The position numbers and the translations under genes are program-made. 64,000 bases of DNA from Octopus sinensis (lineage: Eukaryota): contig NC_043002.1 of assembly GCF_006345805.1 (NCBI RefSeq), positions 40,672,001 through 40,736,000 of the forward strand, given 5' to 3'. Below the pieces are notes generated by a model. The model had not been told where the DNA came from. It made no database searches and saw only the letters and a program-made list of their open reading frames with translations. Below, piece by piece: positions 1 through 12,570 of this stretch (its first letter is position 1; each line of letters begins with the position of its first letter).

Positions 1-150
1 GTATGTATGTATGTATACACACATATATATATATATACACATACATACACACATATATACACACACACACATATATATATATATACACATATATCAAAAG
101 ATATATGTGTATGGATATATATACATACATACATACATATATACATACAT
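1..150. repeat. compound (TA)n/(CA)n/(TACA)n microsatellite
   Basis: Directly visible dinucleotide/tetranucleotide runs; the ORF at 11..208 is only its translation. Confidence 0.95.
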
Positions 151-628
151 ATCTTTTGATATGTCAAAGAAAATGACTCTTTCTTTTCATCTACAACAAT
201 GTATATAATGCAATTGTATACATTTACATATTCCTACGCCATTTTTGCTTATAAGTTTGAGGAGTTCATTAATGATTTTTCAGATGCCAATTGTAGAGAG
301 AATTATTTTTTCTTTGTAGGCATTGCAGTGATATGCATATAGCTGTAAGTTGGTAAAATTTATTGTACTTATTTTAGATAAACTTTTTCTTTGACAGATG
401 TACTTTCTATATTCTTAGATACTTGGATAGGTTTCAGCTAGTATTGGCCCATGACATGACTGACTTAATACTCCTACTAACACCAGGCTTTCTCTTTTCG
501 GTGCATTTGTACCATATTGGTACTTTAGACTACTTTTTGGTCCATCTGTACAACACTGAAAGGCTGATATGTCTTGGCAATTTCTTATATTTTATATGAA
601 TGGTCAAGCATAATAGTCTCAACTGTAG

Positions 629-991
629 GCAAAATGCCTAAAATTTGAGGGGAGGGGAATAGTTGATTATGTTGACCCCTGTGTTCAACTGGTACTTATT
701 TCATCAACTCTGAGAGGATGAGAGACAAAGTTGACTCGGTATAATTTTGACTCAGATGTGAAGTTGGATGAAATACCAGAAAGTATTTTGGCACAGGGCC
801 AGCAATTTTAGAGGTGGGGGCTAGTGAATTAAATTGACCTCAGTGCTCAACTGATACTTATTTTATCAACCCCCAAAAGAGGAAAGGTAAAGTTGACCTC
901 AGCAGAAATTGAACTCAGAACATAAAGACAAACAAAATGTCAGTAAGCATTTTGCCTGGTATGCTAACAATTCTGCCAGCTCACCACCTTA
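629..991 (-). mobile_element. two adjacent copies of tRNA-derived SINE family A
   Basis: Minus strand reads AAGGTGGTGAGCTGGCAGAATTGTTAGC (A-box-like) and GAGTTCAATTTC (B-box-like); the same body recurs at 19061, 60720, 61020 and 62050. Confidence 0.8.
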
Positions 992-1715
992 CAGTCAAGC
1001 ATAATATTAGAATATATTTTGTTTTGCTTTCTGCAGAACATTTATAACCAGTCCCCCCCTCTCTCTCATATACACATGCATACATGTTCAGATGTTTCAG
1101 AGCAAGCATTTCTTAAGATACTTTTCAAACATTGTAGAAAGTATCTACCTAGAGAATACAATAAAATGTTCTCAAAAGAACTACATGATTTTCAAATTAA
1201 AATACTGAACTTTTATGTTAATCTTACAAAGCAAATATTACAACGATTTCTTTTGCATGAAATATTTGATAACTTGAACTTAGTAAAATTTTTCAACTCA
1301 GAAATTGTCATTCATGAAACATCACAGTCTATTACATTATTTGCAATAAAATTTCTGCACATAATATCAGAACTGCATTTTGAGTAGATCAATAAGAAGT
1401 GGAAAGATTTAACATTACAAAAAAGCACCATCAATACCAGTGACATAGCTAGAGTTTACGCAGCCCAGGGTAGCCTTTGAATTTGCCAAAGTCCCCAGGC
1501 CTCCAAGCCTATAACAGCATATACGGCAGCACAGCAGACTCAAAGACATTGTTCCCACAAAAGTGTCACTCAGGACAAACTGCACCTCCTTGCTTTACTA
1601 GCTACACTACCAGCCAGTATTAGAAGAATAATCTACAAAATTTTTGTCATAGTACTTCTCATGAAGGGTGCAGGAATGCACTCAACATTACACTCAGCAG
1701 TTCAATTTGTTTTAA

Positions 1716-2047
1716 TCTTTTAGCATTCAGATTACTCTCTCAAATGTAATGCTTTTTTATTTAAATTGTTTTGAATTAATCATGCATTATCATATAGCTT
1801 TGAAGTTTTTGATGATGTGATTATTATGCTTTTACTTGCTTCAGTCATTTGATGGCAGTCTTGCTGGAGCACTGCCTTAAAGAGATCTTTAGTCAAAGAA
1901 ATCGACCACAGGTCTTATTCTTTGTAAACCTAGTACTTATTCCATCAGTCTCTTTTTGCCAAACTGCTAAGTTACAGGGATGTAAACACACTAACATTGG
2001 TTGTCAAGTGATAGTGGAGGGACAAACACAGACACAAAGACACACAT

Positions 2048-2090
<43 letters not shown>

Positions 2091-2410
2091 TACATACATA
2101 CATACAAACATACATACATACATACATACATACAACAGGCCTCTTTCAGCTTCCATCTACCGAATCCACTCACAAGGCTTTAGTCAGCTCAAGGCTATAG
2201 TAGAAGACACTTGCCCAAGATGCAACACAGTGGGACTGAATCCAGAACCATGTGGTTGGAAAGCAAGCTTCTTACCACACAGCCATGCCTGCATCTGATT
2301 ATTTTTAGAATGCCAATGCAGGATAGGTGTGAGAGGCCAGATCTGGTCAGTTTGAACGTAAAACATGTAGAATATCTGGGTTGGATATGGCTGGTTTAAA
2401 TGCTAATGGG
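1716..2410. mobile_element. TTAA-flanked MITE (family 1, piggyBac-like termini) split by a SINE insertion
   Basis: TTAA at 1712-1715 and 2411-2414; the two halves match the uninterrupted copy at 23550-23778. Confidence 0.75.
1827..2295 (-). mobile_element. tRNA-derived SINE family B (CORE/OR-like) nested in the MITE
   Basis: Head GGCATGGCTGTGTGGTAAG...GGATTCAGTCCC...CTTGGGCAAGTGTC and an internal CA/TACA microsatellite; flanked by an 8-bp direct repeat TGATTATT (1818-1825, 2296-2303). Confidence 0.85.
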
Positions 2411-4458
2411 TTAATTGATCTGTTTTAATTAACTCATATTTAACCTTAGGGAGTTCAAAGCACTTTAGGCTTACTAAGCCCTCTCATTCATAAAAATTAA
2501 AATACAATATAAATCATCAAATTCACATATCAAAGTCTGTTTACTGCATGTAATTGGAATTGACAAGTTGTACATCTTTTAACTTCTGCTGTTGATATTT
2601 TCTCTTCCATATAATATGGAAGTAAACAATTGCTATTCACTGACAAACCTCTAATATCAGTACACTTTTATATACAAAAGGACCAGTGGCAAACAGTGAC
2701 TGTATTATGAGGACCCTGTTTGAAAACCTGTTAAACAAGTTGAGGTAAATATCATCATACAAATGAAAGTAAAGCAGTCTTAGAATCTGAGGCAAGTTTG
2801 ATGAATTTTTTAGTATTTAACATAGTTTTTTTTTTGATTTGGTACGTTTTGGACTAAGCTTTTGATACAATTGCTAAAAACTCTGTGGCAGCTCTGTTAC
2901 TAATTTATCAAGTTTTTGTATTAATCACACACACACACACACACAAATTAACATTGATGTATTTATGTACATTTCTATGTAACACTTATGTAATTATGCT
3001 TATGTATAAATGATCAGTCATTTTGCTTTTAACCTTTATGTGTATAGGTGCAGGCATGACTGTGTGGTTAAGAAGCTCACTTTGCAAAACATTTGGTTCC
3101 AGGTTCAGTCTCACTGCATGACATTTCGGGCAACTTTCTAAAGTAGTCCCAGGTCAACCAAAGTCTTTTGTGAGTGAACACACGAAAACAAGGGAAACAA
3201 TCACTCACTCATACAAACATTTAAACATTTGCTCACAACAGGCTTCTTTGGTTTCTGTCAATCATTTTTACTCACAAGGTATTGCTCTCATACTATAGCT
3301 ATAGAACAGAATGCCAGTTGACAGTACTCACAATGGTACCAAACTCTCATCATGGTTCTGAAGTGAACTTCTTAGCCACACAACCACACTTATATGTTTG
3401 TGTGTGTGTGTGTGTGTATGGAGAGGAGAGAGAGAGAGAGAGAGTGGACAAGCTTCCATACAGTTTCTAATGAACAAAATTTCATTCACAAGGGCTACAC
3501 TTGAAGACACTCACACACACACGATACACGTACAGGCATGGCTATATAAGCACAGGTGTATGATTTGAACTATAAATTTGTCCCTTCTAACCTAACATTA
3601 TTTTCTTCCCTCCCCCACAAAGTCTACTTCCCTATCATCCAATTCTGTTGGGAACAGATTCCATCATCATTATTGCCTGCCCTCTGCTTCAACCCAATTC
3701 TCCTAATACATGTTCATATCAAGATAGGTTCTCTTTGCAACATGCAACCAATGCAGTTGTTATCCTGCTCCTCCCCCATTCCCACCACAGTGTTCTCAAT
3801 TTAGTTTGTGATGTTGTTATAGTAAAACACACAACTTTTGAATGTGTCTGCCGTCCTGATACAATAAGTTATTAATAGCTAAAAGCAAGACAGAAATAGC
3901 AACTAAGTAATTAATAACTCTATCAGCTGACCACAGATTAACGACAATTGTTACTATAACAACACTTTTTGATCAATATACTCTTTATTAACTGCAATGA
4001 CTACCTTAATTATTATAAACAAAAACAAAACAAAAGATGCACCAAAAATCAAAAACAAGATAGGCTACATAAAAAAATAAAACAAAATAAGTATACATCA
4101 ATGACCCAATGACCATCACACAGTAGCATTTCCATGTCCTATACAATCTCTGCCAAATTTGTATTGAATTACTTGATATCAAAAGGAATGGTAGTAAAAA
4201 AACAGTGTTGATTGAAAGTTGTTCACAACTTATTTTATAATATATCAATGGGTTTGTAGCAAACTGGTAGTGCTAGATACAATATTGATTTCCAAAATTT
4301 CATACAAGGTCACAAACTCAGGAAAAGAGAAATAGTTCATCTCACCTGTGTTATTATATTTATTTATTCATTTATTTATCAAAAATGTAGGTGCTGCCGA
4401 ATACACTAGAGCATTCAGTGTAAAAAATTTGCTGCTTCTATCATACTGATATGATTTA

Positions 4459-5030
4459 CAAGGTGGTATCAAAAGGTTTCTGGACTAGTTATGTTTAATA
4501 AAAAAAAATAACTTATTTACCTAAATTTTAACATTATCTCCTTTGAAATAGTCACCTCACACAACAATACACTGGTCCTAGCATTCCTGTCACTTTTGGA
4601 ATCCAACCAGGAAGTCGTTTTCGGTGAGTCGAGAACCTTCTGCAATTTGCCCTGGATCTTGACAATGGTGTTAAAACAACAACCTTAGAGCTGGATTTTC
4701 ATTTTGGGGAAGAGATGGAAGTACACAGATGCTAAACCAGGTGAATAGGGTGGGTGCAGAAGCAATACCATGTAGTTTTGGTGAGAAACTCATGAGTGAG
4801 GAGAGCTCAGTAACAGGGTGTATTCTCATTGTGAAGAATCCAGTTCTTCGCACTCTACAGATCCAGTTACTTTTGCCAAATGTCCTCCCTCAGACACTTC
4901 AAAACATCACAGTCAAACTCTCAATTGACAGTAATCCTCCAGATTACTCATTGTCTTCCAGGGATGTTTTTCCCCTTTTGAAGCACCTGGGCCACTCAAA
5001 ACATTGCATACGACCCATTGCCTCTGTGAG
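4459..5030 (-). mobile_element. internally deleted mariner transposon remnant
   Basis: Minus-strand translation gives CFEWPRCFKRGKTSLEDNE (HTH region) and HPPYSPGLASVYFHLFPKMKIQL*G (YSPDLAP motif); a TA followed by a mariner-like terminus lies at 4457-4485. Confidence 0.75.
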
Positions 5031-5110
5031 TGGATTTTGTAGATGAAAACTGACAGCCCAACGCCCAACATGTGTATGTATACAGATACATACATACATG
5101 TACATATATA

Positions 5111-5417
5111 TCATCACCATCACGTGACCGACCAGTCCATTAGATGTTGTTACACATCGCTGGTCACAATGCGTTCGCATTGTTTTAGCCTTCAAATGAC
5201 GCCACCCCGCTGGCTAAGCGAGCAGGCCAACAGAAGAAAGAGTGAGAGAAAGTGTGGTGAAAGAGTACAGCAGGGATCACCACCCCCTGCCGGAGCCTCG
5301 TGGAGCTTTTTAGGTGTTTTCGGTCAATAAACACTCACAACACCCGGTCTAGGAATCGAAACCGCGATCCTACGACCGCGAGTCCGCTGCCCTGACCACT
5401 GGCCATTGCGCCTCCAC
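5111..5417 (-). mobile_element. young tRNA-derived SINE (third family)
   Basis: Minus strand GGAGGCGCAATGGCCAGTGGTCAGGGCAGCGGACTCGCGGTCGTAGGATCGCGGTTTCGATTCC contains A and B boxes and a tRNA-like head; CpGs are retained; the tail is GTGATGGTGATG-like. Confidence 0.8.
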
Positions 5418-5440
5418 ACACACACATATATATATAATAT

Positions 5441-7925
5441 CACCAGACAGCGAGATGCAGGGTTGCTCTTGAATACAAAGACCCTCCCGGGTGAAGAATG
5501 TATCCCTCAGCATAGATTAATCATCAGTGACTTTAAGCTTGAGGCCAGAAGGACTCCAAGAAACAAACCAATCCAGAAAAGAAGGATTTGGAGGCTAAAG
5601 AACCCTTCACATGGTCAGAAATTTAGGGACATACTCATCAAAAAATTTGATGAGAGGGAGGAGGAGCTTCAGACGTCAGACATAGAAGGTAGCTGGGAAT
5701 TCCTACGGGACAGCTTGCTGAGTGCCACAGACCGAGTCTGTGGATGGTGCAAAGTCCCTTCCAGACCTAGAATTACGTGGTGGTGGAATAGTGCAGTAGA
5801 TAAAGCCATCTGTAAAAAGAGACGGGCCTGGAAAGCCTGGAAGGATGGGGGCAGCAGGGAACTGTACCAGATAGCCAAAAGGGAGGCCGGGCGGCAGGTA
5901 TACATAGCCAAAGACGTAGCAGAAAACAAGAAGTTTGCCAATGTCCAGCGACGCGAGTATCAAAGAGCTGAAGTATTTCGGATTGCCAGACAGTGTGTCA
6001 GAGAAAATAGTGATGTTATAGGAGAGAAATGTGTCCGCATGGATGATGGGGCACTTGCTTTTACTGCTAGTGAAAAGAAAGAGGCTTGGAGAAGCCATTA
6101 TGAAAGACTGCTGAATGAGGAGAATGAATGGGAGGAGGAGAGCCTGCCAAATATTGACCCAGTAGAGGGACCAGCTACCCGAATAGACAGCTCCCTTGTA
6201 GATAAGGCAATTAAGGATATGAAACCAGGCAAAGCCCCTGGCCTATCAGGAATCACTGCTGAGATGCTTAAAACAGCTGGCTATGTGGGCTATACCATAG
6301 TCACCCGCATTGTAAACCAGGTAGTTCACAATGGAGTCATACCCAATGACTGGTGCAGCAGCACCATAGTCAACTGCTACAAGGGTAAGGGTGATGCTCT
6401 AGATAGAAATAACTAGAGGTATCAAACTGTTGGACCAGGTGATGAAGGTCTCAGAGAAGGTCATAACCCATCTCATTAGGGAGAGAATTTGTTTAGATGA
6501 AATGCAGTTCGGTTTTGTACCAGGTAGAAGCACCACTGATGCTATATTCCTGGTCCGACAACTGCAGGAGAAGTACCTAGCTAAAGATAAACCCCTCTAC
6601 ATAGCTTTTGTAGACTTGGAGAAAGCCTTTGACAGGGTTCCCCGTTCCCTCATCTGGTGGTCGATGCGGAAACTGGAGATTGAAGAATGGCTAATAAGGG
6701 CTGTACAGGCTCTATACAGAGAGGCTGTCAGCAAGGTTAGGATTGGCAACGAATATAGTGAATAATTCCGGGTAGAAGTAGGTGTGCACCAGGGCTCAGC
6801 CCTCAGTCCCCTTTTATTCATCATAGTCCTTCAGGCAATAACAGAGGAATTCAAAACGGGATGCCCCTGGGAGCTCCTCTATGCCGATGACCTAGCTCTC
6901 ATAGCAGAATCACTACCGGAACTAGAAGAGAAATTTCGGGTGTGGAAGCAAGGGTTGGAATCAAGGGCCTTAGAATAAATGTAGCAAAGACCAAAGTATT
7001 AGTAAGCAGCAAGAGGTACTCAGCACACACCCCCTCGGGTAGGTGGCCCTGCTCAATCTGTAGGAAAGGTACAGGTAGAAACTCCATAAGATGCACCCAA
7101 TGTAAGTTATGGACACATAAGAGGTGCAGCAACATTAAAGGGAAATTAACAGATAAGATAGCTTTCATGTGCGGCAGATGCACAGGGACAATAGACACAA
7201 CAGACACTCAGAAAACAGATTCCATCACACTCCAGGGAGAGAAACTAGAAGTAGTTGATAGTTTCCGCTACCTGGGTGACCAAGTTAGTAGCGGAGGTGG
7301 ATGCACAGAGAGTATCACCACTAGAATACGAATAGCCTGGGCAAAGTTCAGAAAGCTCCTACCCCTACTGGCAACAAAAGGTCTCTCCCTCAGAGCGAAA
7401 GGTAGATTGTATGATGCATGTGTGCGAACTGCCATGCTTCACGGTAATGAAACATGGGCAGTGACTGCAGAGGACATGCGTAGACTTGAAAGAAATGAAG
7501 CTAGCATGATCCGCTGGATGTGTAGTGTCAGTGTGCACGCAAGACAGAGTGTAAGCATCCTAAGAGAAATGCTGGATATAAGAAGCATCAGATGTGGTGT
7601 GCAAGAGCGACGCTTGCGATGGTATGGTCATGTGCTGCGGATGGATGAAGAGAGATGTGTGAAGAAGTGCCACTCCCAAACAGTTGAAGGTATCAGGGGG
7701 AGAGGTAGACCCAGGAAGACATGGGATGAGGTAGTCAAGCATGACCTCAGAGCATTGGGCCTCACTGAGGCAATGGCGAAAGACCGAGATCTCTGGAGAT
7801 ATGCTGTGACTGCAAAGACCCGGGCTGCTTTCTGCAGCAATTCCACATACCCCCTACCCATTCAAAGTACCCCGGATCCCCAAAGTACCCCGGACCCAGT
7901 TGCCCCCGTGCCGCTGGCACGTTAA
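5441..7925 (+). pseudogene. disrupted RTE ORF2 (endonuclease-reverse transcriptase)
   Basis: Frames join given three lesions: a 2-bp deletion near 6415 (NY*RG), an in-frame TAA at 6763-6765, and a 1-bp deletion near 6965. Confidence 0.9.
7050..7181 (+). other. PHD-type C4HC3 zinc finger within RTE ORF2
   Basis: CSIC-x10-CTQC-x4-H-x2-C-x14-CGRC, lying between RINVAKTKV and EVVDSFRYLG. Confidence 0.8.
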
Positions 7926-8679
7926 AAGCTCGAACCGATCGCGACCAATGCCGGACCCCCCGGCCCCTGTGCAGGTGGCACGTAAAAAGCACCCAATCCA
8001 CTCACGGAGTGGTTGGCGTTAGGAAGGGCATCCAGCCGTAGAAACTCTGCCAAATCAGACTGGAGCCTGGAGCGGCCCCTGGCTTCCCAGACCCCGGTCG
8101 AACCGTCCAACCCGTGCTAGCGCGGAAAACGGACGTTAAACGATGATGATGATGATGATGATGATATATATATATATATATATAAATAAAATGCATTTGC
8201 ACAGGAACAAGAAGGAGTAAACAATATTTTGATAAGTATTCTTCCTGTGCAAATTGTGTTTACTAGATTCATTTACTAGTTTTATTCAATGAATTTATAA
8301 CGTATATAAAGGTTTTGCTAAATAATCTTTTTAAATACTATTAATTTACTTTTGACATAAAAAATGGTAATTTATACTTGTATAGATAGGGGTAAATCTT
8401 ACACTAAATTACTTAATTCCCATAACGATTATATAGATATGATGTGTTTATAATATAGTCGTTGAGGGTCTCCTTATGTTTAGCATTTTCTATATATATC
8501 GGTATTGTATTTTTAGGTGTTTAATTTTTTTTAATGTTTTAATTTTTTTGAAAGGTAAAGTCAACCTCAGCACAATTTGAACTCACAACATAATGACAAA
8601 TGAAATGCTGCAAGGCATTTTACTTGGTGTGCTAATGATATATAAACAATGTAGTACAGATGAACTGAGATATAAACTA

Positions 8680-9859
8680 CACAGACATGACAGAAGTAAA
8701 TGGACACCCCATAAAACATTGTTTTATGTTTGTTTTAACTTGAAAAGGTTTATATATTTTTTTTAATTGTTTTATGTTTCAGTTTCTATATTTGACTTTT
8801 TAATCATGCCATGTACAAAAGAAGCCTTGGAACTGTCTGAATTTCAAAGAGGCTGCATTGTGGGTCAATCTGAAAGTGTACTTAGCATAAAATTGCAGAA
8901 ATCCTTTGGATCCTGCTTTCCACAGTTAACAGAGTGATTGTGAGAGGGTAGGAGTCCACATCACCTCACCCAGTTTGATCAGGGCCCTCTGACAGGACCC
9001 TTCACTTTGTTAAGAGAAGTATGGAGGATAATCCACATTGCAAGGCTTCTGACATAGCAGAACAAGTTGATGTTACTCCCAGAACAACTGTCAGGTGTCT
9101 CAACAAACTATGGCAGAGCAGCAAGAAGGAAGCCAATTTTTCAACCAGCAAATATCAAGTGGAGAAAAGATTGGGCCAAGGAGATGGTGGAGAGGCCACT
9201 AGCATTTTGGGACACTGTCAAATTCTCTGAGGAGTCCAGATTTGCTGTATTTTCTAACAATGGTCGAGTGTGGGTCTGCAGACTCGGCTATTCTGAGATG
9301 GTCTGGGGAGCAATTTGGAGCAATGGTTGATCAGAGCTGGTGGAGTGTGAGGGAAACATAAACTCAGATAAATATGTGTCCATATTTCAGAAAGAATTCC
9401 TTCCAATCTTCTCCAGTAGTGAAATGATTCAAGAAGACTCTTTATTTATGGAAGATGGGGCTCCTTGTCACATGGCTAAAAAGAACCAAGATTGGTTGGA
9501 AGAGAATGGCATTAAAAAGCTTTCATGGCCAAGCCAATCACAAGATATGAACCCTATTGAATACCTCTGGGGCATAATGGACAAGAACACTTTGTAAAAA
9601 AGAACAAGAAAGCATCCCAAAAGCCAGATCTTTTGAGATTACTGCATAAAACTTGGCAAGTAATTTCTCAAGAGAATATTCATCATCATATCAGTAGCAT
9701 GCTTAATAGGGTCCTTGCATTGAAAAATGCAAAGGGCATGTCTACTAAATATTAGATATCCACATTATAATAATGAATAAATAATTTGAATGTATAATTT
9801 CAGATTTAAATAAACTTTAATGCTTATAAGGGCATCTATTTATTTCTGTCATACCTGTG
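8680..9859 (+). mobile_element. full-length defective Tc1-family transposon (DD34E)
   Basis: About 30-bp TIRs (CACAGACATGACAGAAGTAAATGGACACCC versus the reverse complement of the right end), TA on both sides (8678-79, 9860-61). Transposase starts MPCTKEALELSEFQRGCIVG at 8806, contains EDGAPCH-x-NPIE with 34-aa spacing, ends KGMSTKY* at 9755; frameshifted. Confidence 0.92.
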
Positions 9860-9889
9860 TAGGTAGAACAGAAATTAGTTTATAGTAAA

Positions 9890-10180
9890 CAAGGACAAAA
9901 GCTGTATTGGTATGGACATGTTATATGTATGGGTGATAAGAAATGAATCACGATGCACCAGGAAATCCAAGTGAAAGGAAACAATAGAAGTAGAAGACCA
10001 AAGACGACGGGGGTAAGTAGAAGTAGTGAAAGCTAAAAGCAGGATATTGAACCTCACAAAAAAATTAACAAAAAAAAACCCACAATAAATAGTGGGACAC
10101 TGTGTTGAAAAGAGCCCTTCCAGCCCATTAAAGTATGGAAAGACAGACATAAAAATGAAGAGAATGATGACGATGATCAA
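9890..10180 (+). mobile_element. old RTE LINE 3' remnant
   Basis: LYWYGHVICMG...RSRRPKT resembles the RLRWYGHV...GRGRPRKTW end of the LINE at 5441; degenerate GATGACGATGAT tail. Confidence 0.5.
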
Positions 10181-10589
10181 GAGAATTAAACAGATGACGC
10201 AAACCAGTCACTCAATGTATGAGAATTAACAGCCATGTTCACTTGAATCACACACTATATAGTCTTTAAAAGAGAGTGACACATAAAAATGTAGTTCTAG
10301 ATATACAAAAATATGGGACAGTCAAGGCTGGAATGCATTTAATTATAGGCCTGCTCAGTCAAGGGTGAACTATGGTTAAATGATGACAACATTGTAGGTG
10401 TTTATTAATACATAAAAAGTCTGACGTAAAAGATTTCAGAATTCTAATTTCACCAAGCTGATGAGACAGACCTAAGATGAAATCACAATCTTTCACTTCT
10501 AGTACCCACATGCTCTTTCTAGGGGTTATAATTTCAAAATTACTATCCAGTAGGTTGGTCCACTGGAGACCAACAATCTTTTGTTACCA

Positions 10590-10900
10590 GTGGGCTCTCA
10601 CTTTAGAGAAATTTGGTGAACACAATTTTGTTGCCTTTGTCATCTATAAAGCTTTAGACAGTGTCTGGTATTCAAATCTCCTGCCTATGGACTCCATCTG
10701 TCTCTCATCTGGATTGGTAGATTACTATCAGATTGCATTATTGTGGCATTTTAACAGAGTTTCCCTCTGTCTTACATCCTACTCCCGATGGTGTGCCCCA
10801 AGGTTCAGTTTTGTCTCCCACTGTTTTCCTTCTATACATCAAGAATCTACTTGCCTTTACATTCATCAATGCACACCTCGGCACATATGATACAACTCTT
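10590..10900 (+). mobile_element. degenerate CR1/Jockey-like LINE reverse transcriptase fragment
   Basis: LEKFGEHNFVAFVIYKALDSVWY (LD.SKAFDRVWH-like) and GVPQGSVLSPTVFLLYIKNL in two frames. Confidence 0.7.
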
Positions 10901-11843
10901 CTCAGAAGATTGAGAACAGAGGACACTGCTTGCATGATGGTGACATTCATTTACAACAATCACATGATGTCAAGGCAATGAGACAGTGAGGGTGACACAC
11001 ACACAACATGCTTCTTTCAGTTTCTGTTTTCAAAGTCCACTTACAAAGATTTGTTCAGCCTGGGGTTACGGTATAAGACATTTACCTAAGGTACTACACA
11101 GTGGGATTGAACTCAGAACCATGTGGTTGGGAGGCAGACTTCTTATATCACAGCCACATCTGTGCCTCTAAACCTAGAACCATGTGGCTGAGAAGCAAAT
11201 TTTTTACCACACAACCAAGTCTGCCCCTGTTGCTTTGTATATATATGTATGTGTGTGCGCGTACAACAGCTTTTCAGCACAACATGCACTTGTATGTGCA
11301 TACATGATTATGTATGCTTTTATTCTCTTACTTGTTTCAGTCATTTGACAGTGGCCATGCTAGAACACCACCTGTGCATAAATGCATATGCAGGGAAAAG
11401 TGTATGTGCATATTCATAAGTGTGTGTATCTATGTGTACACATACAAACAAACAAGCACAAAATAATTTTATAAATGCAGAGAGTAACAGTTTAATAAAA
11501 ACAGGATATGAAATCCCAAAACCATGACAGGTAACCACTGAACTACAACAAAACCCACACAGCTTCAACAAATTGATTTGCAAAACACCTACACCAAATA
11601 TATAACAGGCAAACTGAGGTGAGGTAAAGAGGCTCTCAGAAACATTATCACTCATGACCAATAAACCAGAACTAAAACAAAACAGGAAATATCTTCAGGA
11701 AACAAAGATACAGAGTAAATGAAGAAAAACAGGACATCTAAGTTAAACACCCACTGAAGTGAACTTCAAAATGTCAAAATGATAAATTGGTAAGTGACAG
11801 CAAATTCAACAAATGAAAATATAGCAGAAACAATGTATTAGCA

Positions 11844-11879
<36 letters not shown>

Positions 11880-12236
11880 TGCTAGCAATTCTAATGCCCT
11901 CTCACAGACAAAGAGGTGCAACCAACATAATACTAGAAATATAGATTTGAATATCATCCTGATGTTGCTACTGTATCAGTATCAATACCAACAACACCAT
12001 GTGACTTGCCTTGACCAATAGCAGCCCAATCTCCAGTAGCCATCTTGAACTTGCTCCATTCAATTACTGTAGAGCTAGGTTCGTTTGAGAAGCCCACAAA
12101 ATTTAAGTTGCATGGAACCAATTCAAACTGCTACACATATATAAATTGTGATAGTAGAAATGATTATGATATAGCTAACACGGTAACAACATTGGAAAAT
12201 GAAGTCAGGACTGCCATATATACAAATAAATATAAT

Positions 12237-12570
12237 AAATGCTCATGCAGAGAAAAATAAAAATGCCCACTGATGAACCTCTGTATGAGTACAAATCTTG
12301 TATATAAATGTACCGTGCACACAAGAGGTGGGCCATATGTTTACATTGGACAAACAGCTGATTCATTTAAAAATTGTTATTACAACTAAATCACCAGTTT
12401 CAAGAGAATCAATATGAGACATTCAACATCTTTGGGTGATTTTGGGTGGTGACTGAAGGAAAATAAAATTAAGTATAACATAACTTGGTTCATAGTAAGG
12501 TATGCAATACCATATAATATTATTTCCAGGAGATGCCAACTCTGCTCTGAGGAATCCCTGTCTATTCGTG
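12237..12570 (+). pseudogene. degenerate Penelope-like GIY-YIG endonuclease remnant
   Basis: Single frame KCSCREK*KCPLMNLCMSTNLVYKCTVHTRGGPYVYIGQTADSFKNCYYN*ITSFKR...STSLGDFGW*LKENKIKYNITW...PYNIISRRCQLCSEESLSI: Cys-rich linker, VY..YIG motif and RCxLCxEE end typical of PLE endonucleases. Confidence 0.75.

Larger units (their letters stand above)
5441..8165 (+). mobile_element. 5'-truncated RTE-clade LINE (end of APE endonuclease, RT, 3' UTR, (GAT)n tail)
   Basis: EECIPQHRLIISDF (endonuclease C-terminus), KAPGLSGI, QFGFVPGRSTTDAIF, FVDLEKAFDRVPR, HQGSALSPLLF, LLYADDL, FRYLG, RLRWYGHV, GRGRPRKTW; ends AAACGATGATGATG; both flanks are TA/CA microsatellite. Confidence 0.95.

Noticed and set aside
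1438-1612. Possible hAT MITE with CAGTGACATAGCTAG / CTAGCTACACTACCA ends
   Set aside because: Only 9 of 15 TIR positions match and there is no 8-bp TSD.
2545-2727. Possible minus-strand exon with AG/GT borders
   Set aside because: All three frames contain stops.
3600-3800. Weak resemblance to a PLE Cys-rich linker (CPLLQPNSP...FSLQHATNAVV)
   Set aside because: No GIY-YIG core motifs recognisable.
5111-5417. Possible tRNA gene
   Set aside because: The tRNA-like head lacks a good acceptor and anticodon stem and continues into a SINE body and tail.
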